This document shows, in pieces, positions 14,108-29,134 of a DNA stretch of 64,000 nt. The DNA is taken from assembly GCA_032718475.1 (NCBI GenBank), contig JAUCBJ010000606.1, positions 1 to 64,000 on the forward strand. The letters run 5' to 3'. Position 1 is the stretch's first letter; each line of letters starts with the position of its first letter. The notes beneath the pieces are model-generated. The model saw only the letters and a list, made by a program, of their open reading frames with translations, was not told where the DNA came from and did no database searches. The translations under genes were made by a program, and so were the position numbers. Source of the DNA: Nemertoderma westbladi (lineage: Eukaryota; Animalia; Xenacoelomorpha).

Positions 14108-17100
14108 CTAGAAAGGCATTTCCTAAAGGAAATGCAACCACGAAGCTAAGGAAAATTAAACAAACGGCCACAATTTGGTTCGTTGCTTAGCCTAGTTTAG
14201 TAGCATTTGCCAATAAATAACTTCTATTCCCATGGAAGCTAGAGTTCTCTGGAACTGTTGGTTTTACCTTTGAAAAAAGATTCAGTCCAGATTGTGGTTC
14301 AGATGACACATATACCGAGTTTCAGAAATTATTGTAGTTTATGCCCAAATTACCGATTTTCTACTAGAAAGGCATTTCCTAAAGGAAATGCAACCACGAA
14401 GCTAAGGAAAATTAAACAAACGGCCACAATTTGGTTCGTTGCTTAGCCTAGTTTAGTAGCATTTGCCAATAAATAACTTCTATTCCCATGGAAACTAGAG
14501 TTCTCTGGAACTGTTGGTTTTACCTTTGAAAAAAGATTCAGTCCAGATTGTTTTTCAGATAACACATCGAGTTTCAGAAAATATTGTAGTTTATGTCCAA
14601 ATTACAGATTTTCTACTAGAAAGGCATTTCCTAAAGGAAATGCAACCACGAAGCTAAGGAAAATTAAACAAACGGCCACAATTTGGTTCGTTGCTTAGCC
14701 TAGTTTAGTAGCATTTGCCAATAAATAACTTCTATTCCCATGGAAACTAGAGTTCTCTGGAACTGTTGGTTTTACCTTTGAAAAAAGATTCAGTCCAGAT
14801 TGTTTTTCAGATAACACATCGAGTTTCAGAAAATATTGTAGTTTATGTCCAAATTACAGATTTTCTATCAAAATGCATCTGTTTGCAGTGGTTGTCATGG
14901 AAACTGAAAAATAGAACAATGTAATTCGGATGCAGAATAAGTCATATAGTGGGGGTAGGTGTTGGTCCCAAGTCATAATACTATTAAATTGTGCTTCAAA
15001 TTATCATTTTATTAATTTTAACATCTGTTTACTCTTGTTGCTATGGTAAATGGATTTTCTAATTAACTTCGAACGGCTTGTATATGGACCTTATAGATGA
15101 GTTGCAAAACCCCAAGTTTATATATATTACAGTTTTTCTCCAAATAGAGTTATGATTATAGACTTGAATGATATATAACTTTAAAAAAACTACAGTTACC
15201 ATGGTAACTAGATATTTCTGGAATGTTTTGAGTTTCACTAAAAGTTCCAACTAGTGGTCCAGATAACACATACCTAGTTTCGTAAAATTTTATCGTGAAG
15301 TCTATGTACAAATGAATAATTTTCGTATAAAAACATCTGTTTTCAGCGGTTGTCAAGGTAACTGCAAAATAGAACAATCAAATTCGGACGCAGAATAAGT
15401 TATATAGTGGGGGTAGGGATTGGTCCCAAGTCATCACACCTTAACCTTAGGCTTCAAATTAACATTTTAAAAATTTTAACATCTGTTTAGCCCGGTTGCC
15501 AAGGTAACTGGATTTTCTATTTAACCTCAATCGGCTCTGCTATGGACCTTATAGTTGTGTTGAGAAACCCCAAGTTTATATGTATTATAGTTTTCCTACA
15601 AATAGAGTTACAAATATTGACTTGAAATACATAGACTTTTTTCTAAGTCCGTTGCCATGGAAACCAGATTTTTCCTGGAGATGAGACCCATCCCACACGA
15701 CGCGCCTTGATGAGTTGTATATACATGCAAAATTTCAGGGTACTTTTAAAGGCTAGTTTTTTCCCCGACCAAAAAACACTAAATCTGCTCCATACAAGTA
15801 AAATAGCCCACTATGAATAGACCATCTCAGCTAAGGAAAATCTTTCTTAGCGAAAGTAGTTGATTTTCCTTAGCTTCGTGGATCAAAATGCATCTGTTTG
15901 CAGTGGTTGTCATGGAAACTGAAAAATAGAACAATGTAATTCGGATGCAGAATAAGTCATATAGTGGGGGTAGGTGTTGGTCCCAAGTCATAATACTATT
16001 AAATTGTGCTTCAAATTATCATTTTATTAATTTTAACATCTGTTTACTCTTGTTGCTATGGTAAATGGATTTTCTAATTAACTTCGAACGGCTTGTATAT
16101 GGACCTTATAGATGAGTTGCAAAACCCCAAGTTTATATATATTACAGTTTTTCTCCAAATAGAGTTATGATTATAGACTTGAATGATATATAACTTTAAA
16201 AAAACTACAGTTACCATGGTAACTAGATATTTCTGGAATGTTTTGAGTTTCACTAAAAGTTCCAACTAGTGGTCCAGATAACACATACCTAGTTTCGTAA
16301 AATTTTATCGCGAAGTCTATGTCCAAATGAGTTATTTTTGTATAAAAACATCTGTTTTCAGCGGTTGTCATGGTAACTGCAAAATTAAACAATGAAATTC
16401 GGACGCAGAATAAGTCATATAGTGGGGGTAGGGGTTGGTCCCAAGACATAACACATTAACCTTAGGCTTCAAATTAACATTTTATAAATTTTAACATCTG
16501 TTTAGCCCGGTTGCCAAGGTAACTAGATTTTATATTTAACCTCAATCGGCTCTGCTATGGACCTTATAGTTGTGTTGAGAAACCCCAAGTTTATATGTAT
16601 TATAGTTTTCCTACAAATAGAGTTACAAATATTGACTTGAAATACATAGACTTTTTTCTAAGTCCGTTGCCATGGAAACCAGATTTTTCCTGGAGATGAG
16701 ACCCATCCCACACGACGCGCCTTGATGAGTTGTATATACATGCAAAATTTCAGGGTACTTTTAAAGGCTAGTTTTTTCCCCGACCAAAAAACACTAAATC
16801 TGCTGCTCCATACAAGTAAAATAGCCCACTATGAATAGACCATCTCAGCTAAGGAAAATCTTTCTTAGCGAAAGTAGTTGATTTTCCTTAGCTTCGTGGA
16901 TCAAAATGCATCTGTTTGCAGTGGTTGTCATGGAAACTGAAAAATAGAACAATGTAATTCGGATGCAGAATAAGTCATATAGTGGGGGTAGGTGTTGGTC
17001 CCAAGTCATAATACTATTAAATTGTGCTTCAAATTATCATTTTATTAATTTTAACATCTGTTTACTCTTGTTGCTATGGTAAATGGATTTTCTAATTAAC

Positions 17101-17915
17101 TTCGAACGGCTTGTATATGGACCTTATAGATGAGTTGCAAAACCCCAAGTTTATATATATTACAGTTTTTCTCCAAATAGAGTTATGATTATAGACTTGA
17201 ATGATATATAACTTTAAAAAAACTACAGTTACCATGGTAACTAGATATTTCTGGAATGTTTTGAGTTTCACTAAAAGTTCCAACTAGTGGTCCAGATAAC
17301 ACATACCTAGTTTCGTAAAATTTTATCGCGAAGTCTATGTCCAAATGAGTTATTTTTGTATAAAAACATCTGTTTTCAGCGGTTGTCATGGTAACTGCAA
17401 AATTAAACAATGAAATTCGGACGCAGAATAAGTCATATAGTGGGGGTAGGGGTTGGTCCCAAGACATAACACATTAACCTTAGGCTTCAAATTAACATTT
17501 TATAAATTTTAACATCTGTTTAGCCCGGTTGCCAAGGTAACTGGAATTTCTATTTAACCTCAATCGGCTCTGCTATGGACCTTATAGTTGAGTTGAGAAA
17601 TCCCAAGTTTATATGTATTATAGTTTTCCTACAAATAGAGTTATAAATATTGACTTGAAATACATAGACTTTTTTCTAAGTCCGTTGCCATGGAAACCAG
17701 ATTTTTCCTGAATATGAGACCCATCCCACACGACGCGCCTCGATGAGTAGTACATACATGCAAAATTTCAGGGTACTTTTAAAGGCTAGTTTTTTCCCCG
17801 ACCAAAAAACACTAAATCTGCTCCATACAAGTAAAATAGCCCACTATGAATAGACCATCTCAGCTAAGGAAAATCTTTCTTAGCGAAAGTAGTTGATTTT
17901 CCTTAGCTTCGTGGA
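14108..17915 (-). mobile_element. Triple nested insertion at the identical site TTTTCTA^TCAAAATG
   Basis: Left ends at 14108, 14364, 14616 and right ends at 15882, 16900, 17915. Both inner junction pairs restore TTTTCTATCAAAATG. Confidence 0.9.
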
Positions 17916-20900
17916 TTTACTGCTGGTTCTTACCAATGTAAGTCAAGAACCAATCACAGTAGATCCACTCCGCTCTCCTGCTGGGTTCTATTTACTAGAA
18001 AGGCATTTCCTAAAGGAAATGCAACCACGAAGCTAAGGAAAATTAAACAAAGGGCCACAATTTGGTTTGTTGCTTACCCTAGTTTAGTAGCATTTGCCAA
18101 TAAATAACTTATATTCTCATGGAAACTAGAGTTCTCTGGAACTGTTGGTTTTACCTTTGAAAAAAGATTCAGTAAAGATTGTGGTTCAGATAACACATAC
18201 CAAGTTTCAGAAAATATTGTAGTTTATGTCCAAATTACCGATTTTCTATTAAAATGCAACTGTTTGCAGTGGTTGTCATGGAAACTGAAAAATAGAACAA
18301 TGTAATTCGGATGCAGAATAAGTCATATAATGGGGGTAGGTCTTGGTCCCAAGTCATAATACTATTAACTTGTGCTTCAAATTATCATTTTATAAATTTT
18401 AACATCTGTTTAGTCTTGTTGCTATGGTAACTGGATTGTGTAATTAACCTCAAATGGATTGTATTATGTATATGGACCTTATAGATGACTTGCAAAACAC
18501 AAAATTTATATATATTACATTATTTTGCTACAAATAGAGTATTGAATTTAGACTTGAATGATATAGACTTTAATAAACTCCAGTCACCATGGTAACTAGA
18601 TATTTCTGGAATGTTTTCAGTTTCACCAAAAGTCCCAACTAGTGGTCCAGATAACACATACCCAGTTTCATAAAATTTTATCATGAAGTCTATGTCCAAA
18701 TGAGAAATTTTCGCATAAAAACATCTGTTTTCAGCGGTTGTCATAGTAACTGCAAAATAAAACAATAAAATTCGGACGCAGAATAATTTATATAGTGGGG
18801 GTAGGCGTTGGTCCCAAGTCATAACACCTTAACCTTAGGCTTCAAATTAACATTTTATAAATTTTAACATCTGTTTAGCCTGGTTGCCAAGGTAACTGGA
18901 TTTTCTATTTAACCTCAAACAGCTCAGCAATAGACCATATAGTTGAGTTGAGAAACCCCAAGTTTATATCTATTATAGTTTTCCTACAAATAGAGTTATA
19001 ATTATTGACTTGAAATACATAGACTTTTTTTTAAGTCCGTTGCCATGGAAACCAGATTTTTCCTGGATATGAGACCCAGTCCAAAAGATGCGCCTCGACG
19101 AGTAGTATATACATGCAAATTTTCAGGGTACTTTTAAAGGTTAGATTTGCCGGGGGTCAAAAAAAACCAAATCTGCTCCATACAAGTAAAATAGCCCACT
19201 ATGAATAGACCATCTCAGCTAAGGAAAATCTTTCTTAGCGAAAGTAGTTGATTTTCCTTAGCTTCGTGGACCTAGTTCATTTGCCAATAAATAACTTATA
19301 TTCCCATGGAAACTAGAGTTCTCTGGAACTGTTGGTTTTACCTTTGAAAAAAGATTCAGTCCAGATTGTGGTTCAGATAACACATACCAAGTTTCAGAAA
19401 ATATTGTAGTTTATGTCCAAATTACCGATTTTATATCAAAATGCATCTGTTTGCAGTGGTTGTCATGAGAACTGAAAAATAGATCAATGTAACTCGGATG
19501 CAGAATAAGTCATATAGTGGGGGTAGGTCTTGGTCCCAAGTCATAATACTATTAAATTGTGCTTCAAATTATCATTTTATAAATTTTAACATCTGTTTAG
19601 TCTTGTTGCTATGGTAACTGGATTGTGTAATTAACCTCGAACGGCTTGTATATGGATCTTATAAATGAGTTGCAAAACCCCAAATTTATATATATTACAT
19701 CATTTTGCTAGAAATAGTGTATTGAATTTAGACTTGAATGATATAGACTTAAATAAACTCCAGTTACCATGGTAACTATATATTTCTGGAATGTTTGAGT
19801 TTCACTAAAAGTTCCAACTAGTGGTCCAGTAACACATACCCATTTTCATAAAATTTTATAATGAAGTCTATGTCCAAATGAGTAATTTTTGCATAGAAAC
19901 ATCTGTTTTCAGCGGTTGTCATGGTAACTGCAAAATTAAACAATGAAATTCGGACGCAGAATAAGTTATATAGTGGGGGTAGGGGTTGGTCCCAAGACAT
20001 AACACCTTAACCTTAGGCTTCAAATTAACATTTTATAAATTTTAACATCTGTTTAGCCCGGTTGCCAAGGTAACTGGATTTTCTATTCAACCTCAATCGG
20101 CTCTGCTGCGGACCTTATAGTTGAGTTGAGAAACCCCAAGTTTATATCTATTATAGTTTTCCTACAAATAAAGATATAAATATTGACTTGAAATACATAG
20201 ACTTTTTTCTAAGTCCGTTGCCATGGAAACCAGATTTTTCCTGGATATGAGACCCATCCCACACGACGCGCCTTGATGAGTAGTATATACATGCAAAATT
20301 TCAGGGTACTTTTAAAGGCTAGTTTTTTCACCGGTCAAAAAACACTAAATCTGCCTCACACAAGTAAAATAGCCCACTATGTAAATAACTTATATTCCCA
20401 TGGAAACTAGAATTCTCTGGAACTGTTGCTTTAACCTTTGAAAAAAAATTCAGTACAGATTGTGGTTCAGATAACACATATACTGAGTTTCAGAAAATAT
20501 TGTAGTTTATGTCCAAATTACCGATTTTCTATCAAAATGCATCTGTTTGCAGTGGTTGTCATGGAAACTGAAAAATAGAACAATGTAATTCGGATGCAGA
20601 ATAAGTCATATAGTGGGGGTAGGTGTTGGTCCCAAGTCATAATACTATTAACTTGTGCTTCAAATTATCATTTTATAAATTTTAACATCTGTTTAGACTT
20701 GTTGCTATGGTAACTGTATTTTCTAATTAACCTCAAACGGCTTGGATATGGATCTTAAGATGAGTTGCAAAACCCCAAGTTTATATATATTACAGTTTTG
20801 CTACAAATAGAGTTATCAATATAGATTTGAATGATATAGAGTTTAATAAACTACAGTTACCATGGTAACTAAATTTCTGGAATAATTTAAGTTTCACTAA

Positions 20901-23900
20901 AAGTTCCAACTAGTGGTCCAGATAACACATACCCAGTTTTGTAAAATTTTATCGTGAAAGTCTATGTCCAAATGAATAAGTTTTGAATAAAAACATCTGT
21001 TTTCAGCGGTTGTCATGGTAACTGAAAAATAGAACAATGTAATTCGGATGCAGAATAAGTTATATAGTGGGGGTAGGGGTTGGTCCCAAGTCATAACACC
21101 TTGCCCTTAGGCCTCAAATTAACATTTTATAAATTTTAACATCTGTTTATCCCGGTTGCCAAGGTAACTGGATTTTCTATTTAGCCTCAATCGGATCTGC
21201 TATGGACCTTATAGTTGTGTTGCGAAACCCCAAGTTTATATCTATTATAGTTTTCCTACAAATAGAGTTATAAATATTGACTTGAAATACATAGACTTTT
21301 TTTGAAGTCCGTTGCCATGGAAACCAGATTTTTCCTGGATATGAGACCCAGCCCAAAAGATGCGCCTCGATCGAGTAGTATATACATGCAAAATTTCAGG
21401 GTACTTTTAAAGGCTAGTTTTTTCACCGGTCAAAAAAAACCAAATCTGCCTCCATACAAGTAAAATAGCCCACTATGAATAGACCATCTCAGCTAAGGAA
21501 AATCTTTCTTAGCGAAAGTAGTTGATTTTCCTTAGCTTCGTGGATCTGATTTCTGAAGGATTTCTAAAGTAAATGCACCCGAGCTGTTCAAGGCACTTTG
21601 GTTTGTTGCTTAGCTTGTCATAAACTCATCAGACTATTTCTTTGCAATTTGAAACTACGATTTGTTCATCATGTGTTTACGAGAAAGGCATTTCCTAAAG
21701 GAAATGCAACCACGAAGCTAAGGAAAATTAAACAAACGGCCACACTTTGGTTCGTTGCTTAGCCTCGTTTAGTAGCAATTGTCAATAATTAACTTCTATT
21801 CCAATGGAAACTAGAGTTCTCTGGAACTGTTGCTTTAACCTTTGAAAAAAATTCAGTACAGATTGTGGTTCAGATAACACATATACTGAGTTTCAGAAAA
21901 TATTGTAGTTACCGATTTTCTATCAAAATGCATCTGTTTGCAGTGGTTGTCATGGAAACTGAAAAATAGAACAATGTAATTCGGATGCAGAATAAGTCAT
22001 ATAGTGGGGGTAGGGGTTAGTCCCAAGTCATAATACTATTAACTTGTGCTTCAAATTATCATTTTATAAATTTAAACATCTGTTTAGACTTGTTGCTATG
22101 GTAACTGGATTTTCTAATTAACCTCAAACGGCTTGGATATGGATCTTATAGATGAGTTGCAAAACCCCAAGTTTATATATATTACAGTTTTGCTACAAAT
22201 AGAGTTATCAATATAGACTTGAATGATATAGAGTTTAATAAACTACAGTTACCATGGTAACTAAATTTCTGGAATAATTTAAGTTTCACTAAAAGTTCCA
22301 ACTAGTGGTCCAGATAACACATACCCAGTTTTGTAAAATTTTATCGCGAAGTCTATGTCCAAATGAATAATTTTTGTATAAAAACATCTGTTTTCAGCGG
22401 TTGTCATGGTAACTGAAAAATAGAACAATGTAATTCGGATGCAGAATAAGTTATATAGTGGGGGTGGGGGTTGGTCCCAAGTCATAACACCTTGCCCTTA
22501 GGCCTCAAATTAACATTTTATAAGTTTTAACATCTGTTTATCCCGGTTGCCAAGGTAACTGGATTTTCTATTTAACCTCAATTGGCTTTGCTATGGACCT
22601 TATAGTTGAGTTGAGAAACCCCAAGTTTATATCTATTATAGTTTTCCTACAAATAGAGTTATAAATATTGACTTGAAATACATAGACTTTTTTCTAAGTC
22701 CGTTGCCATGGAAACCAGATTTTTCCTGGATATGAGACCCGGCCCAAAAGATGCGCCTCATCGAGTAGTATATACATGCAAAATTTCAGGGTACTTTTAA
22801 AGGCTAGTTTTTTCCGGAATCAAAAAAAAACTAATCTGCCCCATACAAGTAAAATAGCCCACTATGAATAGACCATCTCAGCTAAGGAAAATCTTTCTTA
22901 GCGAAAGTAGTTGATTTTCCTTAGCTTCGTGGATTGTAGTTTATGTCCAAATTACCGATTTTCTATCAAAATGCATCTGTTTGCAGTGGTTGTCATGGAA
23001 ACTGAAAAATAGAACAATGTAATTCGGATGCAGAATAAGTCATATAGTGGGGGTAGGGGTTAGTCCCAAGTCATAATACTATTAACTTGTGCTTTAAATT
23101 ATCATTTTATAAATATTAACATCTGTTTAGACTTGTTGCTATGGTAACTGTATTTTCTAATTAACCTCAAACGGCTTGTATATGGACCTTATAGATGAGT
23201 TGCAAAACCCCAAGTTTAAATACAATACAGTTTTGCTACAAATAGAGTTATCAATATAGATTTGAATGATATAGAGTTTAATAAACTACAGTTACCGTGG
23301 TAACTAAATTTCTGGAATAATTTAAGTTTCACTAAAAGTTCCAACTAGTGGTCCAGATAACACACCCAGTTTTGTAAAATTTTATCGTGAAGTCTATGTC
23401 CAAATGATTAAGTTTTGAATAAAAACATCTGTTTTCAGCGGTTGTCATGGTAACTGAAAAATAGAACAATGTAATTCGGATGCAGAATAAGTTATATAGT
23501 GGGGGTAGGGGTTGGTCCCAAGTCATAACACCTTAACCTTAGGCTTCAAATTAACATTTTATAAATTTTAACATCTGTCTAGCCCGGTTGCCAAGGTAAC
23601 TGGATTTTCTATTTAACCTCAATCGGCTCTGCTATGGACCTTATAGTTGTGTTGAGAAACCCCAAGTTTATATCTATTATAGTTTTCCTACAAATAGAGT
23701 TTTAAATATTGACTTGAAATACATAGACTTTTTTCTAAGTCCGTTGCCATGGAAACCAGATTTTTCCTGGATATGAGACCCAGCCCAAAAGATGCGCCTC
23801 GACGAGTAGTATATACATGCAAAATTTCAGGGTACTTTTAAAGGCTAGTTTTTTCACCGGTCAAAAAAAACCAAATCTGCTCCATACAAGTAAAATAGCC

Positions 23901-23974
23901 CACTATGAATAGACCATCTCAGCTAAGGAAAATCTTTCTTAGCGAAAGTAGTTGATTTTCCTTAGCTTCGTGGA

Positions 23975-24250
23975 CCCGACACACACACATACACACACAC
24001 AGACTTTTGAAAAACGGCCATAGTATAATTATATCAGTTCGCTGATGGCTCGCCATTCGTGTCTCGCCCCACAACCATGGGAACATTCAAAAATAAGAGA
24101 GTTGCCAGATTTCAACATCCGATTCAACATGTAGTAAGAATTAAGTACCAACATGGTGTCGGTATAAATCAGTCACACCCCCCCCCCCCCCCCCCAACCT
24201 CTAACCCTTATAATAATTATTATATCCTACGTTGTGATGGAACCCAATTA
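23975..24250. repeat. 276-bp non-element spacer, copy 2
   Basis: Same sequence and same junctions as 9557-9832; the same 77-aa spurious ORF appears in the track at both sites. Confidence 0.92.
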
Positions 24251-27200
24251 CGAGAAAGGCATTTCCTAAAGGAAATGCAACCACGAAGCTAAGGAAAATT
24301 AAACAAACGGCCACACTTTGGTTCGTTGCTTAGCCTCGTTTAGTAGCAATTGTCAATAATTAACTTCTATTCCCATGGAAACTAGAGTTCTCTGGAACTG
24401 TTGCTTTAACCTTTGAAAAAAAATTCAGTACAGATTGTGGTTCAGATAACACATATACTGAGTTTCAGAAAATATTGTAGTTTATGTCCAAATTACCGAT
24501 TTTCTATCAAAATGCATCTGTTTGCAGTGGTTGTCATGGAAACTGAAAAATAGAACAATGTAATTCGGATGCAGAATAAGTCATATAGTGGGGGTAGGGG
24601 TTAGTCCCAAGTCATAATACTATTAACTTGTGCTTCAAATTATCATTTTATAAATTTTAACATCTGTTTAGACTTGTTGCTATGGTAACTGTATTTTCTA
24701 ATTAACCTCAAACGGCTTGGATATGGATCTTATAGATGAGTTGCAAAACCCCAAGTTTATATATATTACAGTTTTGCTACAAATAGAGTTATCAATATAG
24801 ATTTGAATGATATAGAGTTTAATAAACTACAGTTACCATGGTAACTAAATTTCTGGAATAATTTAAGTTTCACTAAAAGTTCCAACTAGTGGTCCAGATA
24901 ACACATACCCAGTTTTGTAAAATTTTATCGTGAAGTCTATGTCCAAATGAATAAGTTTTGAATAAAAACATCTGTTTTCAGCGGTTGTCATGGTAACTGA
25001 AAAATAGAACAATGTAATTCGGATGCAGAATAAGTTATATAGTGGGGGTAGGGGTTGGTCCCAAGTCATAACACCTTGCCCTTAGGCCTCAAATTAACAT
25101 TTTATAAATTTTAACATCTGTTTATCCCGGTTGCCAAGGTAACTGGATTTTCTATTTAGCCTCAATCGGATCTGCTATGGACCTTATAGTTGTGTTGCGA
25201 AACCCCAAGTTTATATCTATTATAGTTTTCCTACAAATAGAGTTATAAATATTGACTTGAAATACATAGACTTTTTTTGAAGTCCGTTGCCATGGAAACC
25301 AGATTTTTCCTGGATATGAGACCCGGCCCAAAAGATGCGCCTCGTCGAGTAGTATATACATGCAAAATTTCAGGGTACTTTTAAAGGCTAGTTTTTTCGC
25401 CTATCAAAAAACCCCAAATCTGCCTCACACAAGTAAAATAGCCCACTATGAATAGACCATCTCAGCTAAGGAAAATCTTTCTTAGCGAAAGTAGTTGATT
25501 TTCCTTAGCTTCGTGGATCATGACCATTCTACGATTATTACGAGAAAGGCATTTCCTAAAGGAAATGCAACCACGAAGCTAAGGAAAATTAAACAAACGG
25601 CCACACTTTGGTTCGTTGCTTAGCCTCGTTTAGTAGCAATTGTCAATAATTAACTTCTATTCCCATGGAAACTAGAGTTCTCTGGAACTGTTGCTTTAAC
25701 CTTTGAAAAAAAATTCAGTACAGATTGTGGTTCAGATAACACATATACTGAGTTTCAGAAAATATTGTAGTTTATGTCCAAATTACCGATTTTCTATCAA
25801 AATGCATCTGTTTGCAGTGGTTGTCATGGAAACTGGAAAATAGAACAATGTAATTCGGATGCAGAATAAGTCATATAGTGGGGGTAGGGGTTAGTCCCAA
25901 GTCATAATACTATTAACTTGTGCTTCAAATTATCATTTTATAAATTTTAACATCTGTTTAGACTTGTTGCTATGGTAACTGTATTTTCTAATTAACCTCA
26001 AACGGCTTGGATATGGATCTTATAGATGAGTTGCAAAACCCCAAGTTTATATATATTACAGTTTTGCTACAAATAGAGTTATCAATATAGATTTGAATGA
26101 TATAGAGTTTAATAAACTACAGTTACCATGGTAACTAAATTTCTGGAATAATTTAAGTTTCACTAAAAGTTCCAACTAGTGGTCCAGATAACACATACCC
26201 AGTTTTGTAAAATTTTATCGTGAAGTCTATGTCCAAATGAATAAGTTTTGAATAAAAACATCTGTTTTCAGCGGTTGTCATGGTAACTGAAAAATAGAAC
26301 AATGTAATTCAGATGCAGAATAAGTTATATAGTGGGGGTAGGGGTTGGTCCCAAGTCATAACACCTTGCCCTTAGGCCTCAAATTAACATTTTATAAATT
26401 TTAACATCTGTTTATCCCGGTTGCCAAGGTAACTGGATTTTCTATTTAGCCTCAATCGGATCTGCTATGGACCTTATAGTTGTGTTGCGAAACCCCAAGT
26501 TTATATCTATTATAGTTTTCCTACAAATAGAGTTATAAATATTGACTTGAAATACATAGACTTTTTTTGAAGTCCGTTGCCATGGAAACCAGATTTTTCC
26601 TGGATATGAGACCCGGCCCAAAAGATGCGCCTTGTCGAGTAGTATATACATGCAAAATTTCAGGGTACTTTTAAAGGCTAGTTTTTTCCCCGACCAAAAA
26701 ACCCCAAATCTGCCCCATACAAGTAAAATAGCCCACTATGAATAGACCATCTCAGCTAAGGAAAATCTTTCTTAGCGAAAGTAGTTGATTTTCCTTAGCT
26801 TCGTGGATCTTGGCAACATCCTATTGACTATTATTAATGTACTTCAGCCCCTATGACAATTCTAATACATTGGATAGCCGTAGCTGGATTATATAAAAAA
26901 TACGAGAAAGGCATTTCCTAAAGGAAATGCAACCACGAAGCTAAGGAAAATTAAACAAACGGCCACACTTTGGTTCGTTGCTTAGCCTCGTTTAGTAGCG
27001 ATTGTCAATAATTAACTTCTATCCCCATGGAAAATGGAGTTCTCTGGAACTGTTGCTTTAACCTTTGAAAAAAATTCAGTACAGATTGTGGTTCAGATAA
27101 CACATATACTGAGTTTCAGAAAATATTGTAGTTTATGTCCAAATTACCGATTTTCTATCAAAATGCATCTGTTTGCAGTGGTTGTCATGGAAACTGAAAA

Positions 27201-29134
27201 ATAGTACAATGTAATTCGGATGCAGAATAAGTCATATAGTGGGGGTAGGGGTTAGTCCCAAGTCATAATACTTAACTTGTGCTTCAAATTATCATTTTAT
27301 AAATTTTAACATCTGTTTAGACTTGTTGCTATGGTAACTGTATTTTCTAATTAACCTCAAACGGCTTGGATATGGATCTTATAGATGAGTTGCAAAACCC
27401 CAAGTTTATATATATTACAGTTTTGCTACAAATAGAGTTATCAATATAGACTTGAATGATATAGAGTTTAATAAACTACAGTTACCATGGTAACTAAATT
27501 TCTGGAATAATTTAAGTTTCACTAAAAGTTCCAACTAGTGGTCCAGATAACACATACCCAGTTTTGTAAAATTTTATCGTGAAGTCTATGTCCAAATGAA
27601 TAAGCTTTGAATAAAAACATCTGTTTTCAGCGGTTGTCATGGTAACTGAAAAATAGAACAATGTAATTCGGATGCAGAATAAGTTATATAGTGGGGGTAG
27701 GGGTTGGTCCCAAGTCATAACACCTTGCTCTTAGGCCTCAAATTAACATTTTATAAATTTTAACATATGTTTATCCCGGTTGCCAAGGTAACTGGATTTT
27801 CTATTTAGCCTCAATCGGATCTGCTATGGACCTTATAGTTGTGTTGCGAAACCCCAAGTTTATATCTATTATAGTTTTCCTACAAATAGAGTTATAAATA
27901 TTGACTTGAAATACATAGACTTTTTTTGAAGTCCGTTGCCATGGAAACCAGATTTTTCCTGGATATGAGACCCGGCCCAAAAGATGCGCCTCGTCGAGTA
28001 GTATATACATGCAAATTTTCAGGGTACTTTTAAAGGCTAGATTTGCCGGGGGTCAAAAAAAACCAAATCTGCCTCACACAAGTAAAATAGCCCACTATGA
28101 ATAGACCATCTCAGCTAAGGAAAATCTTTCTTAGCGAAAGTAGTTGATTTTCCTTAGCTTCGTGGACTATTAAATTGTGCTTCAAATTATCATTTTATAA
28201 ATTTTAACATCTGTTTAGTCTTGTTGATATGGTAACTGGATTGTGTAATAAACCTCGAACGGCTTGTATATGGACCTTATAGATGAGTTGCAAAACCCCA
28301 AATTTATATATATTACATCATTTTGCTACAAATAGTGTATTGAATTTAGACTTGAATGATATATACTTTAATAAACTCCAGTTACCATGGTAACTAGATA
28401 TTTCTGGAATGTTTTGAGTTTCACTAAAAGTTCCAACTAGTAGTCCAGTAACACATACCCAGTTTCATAAAATTTTATCATGAAATCTATGTCCAAATGA
28501 GTAATTTTTGCATAAAAACAATGTTTTCAGCGGTCGTCATGGTAACTGAAAAATAGAACAATGTAATTCGGATGCAGACTAAGTTATATAGTGGGGGTAG
28601 GGGTTGGTCCCAAGTCATAACACCTTGCCCTTAGGCCTCAAATTAACACTTTATAAATTTTAACATCTGTTTATCCCGGTTGCCAAGGTAACTGGATTTT
28701 CTATTTAGCCTCAATCGGATCTGCTATGGACCTTATAGTTGTGTTGCGAAACCCCAAGTTTATATCTATTATAGTTTTCCTACAAATAGAGTTATAAATA
28801 TTGACTTGAAATACATAGACTTTTTTTGAAGTCCGTTGCCATGGAAACCAGATTTTTCCTGGATATGAGACCCGGCCCAAAAGATGCGCCTCGTCGAGTA
28901 GTATATACATGCAAAATTTCAGGGTACTTTTAAAGGCTAGATTTGCCGGGGGTCAAAAAAAACCAAATCTGCCTCACACAAGTAAAATAGCCCACTATGA
29001 ATAGACCATCTCAGCTAAGGAAAATCTTTCTTAGCGAAAGTAGTTGATTTTCCTTAGCTTCGTGGATCCTGCGGTGGTGAGTTGCGGCCAATTATTGCAT
29101 TTTTTTTAACGTTTAAAAAAAGTTATTTAAGTTT

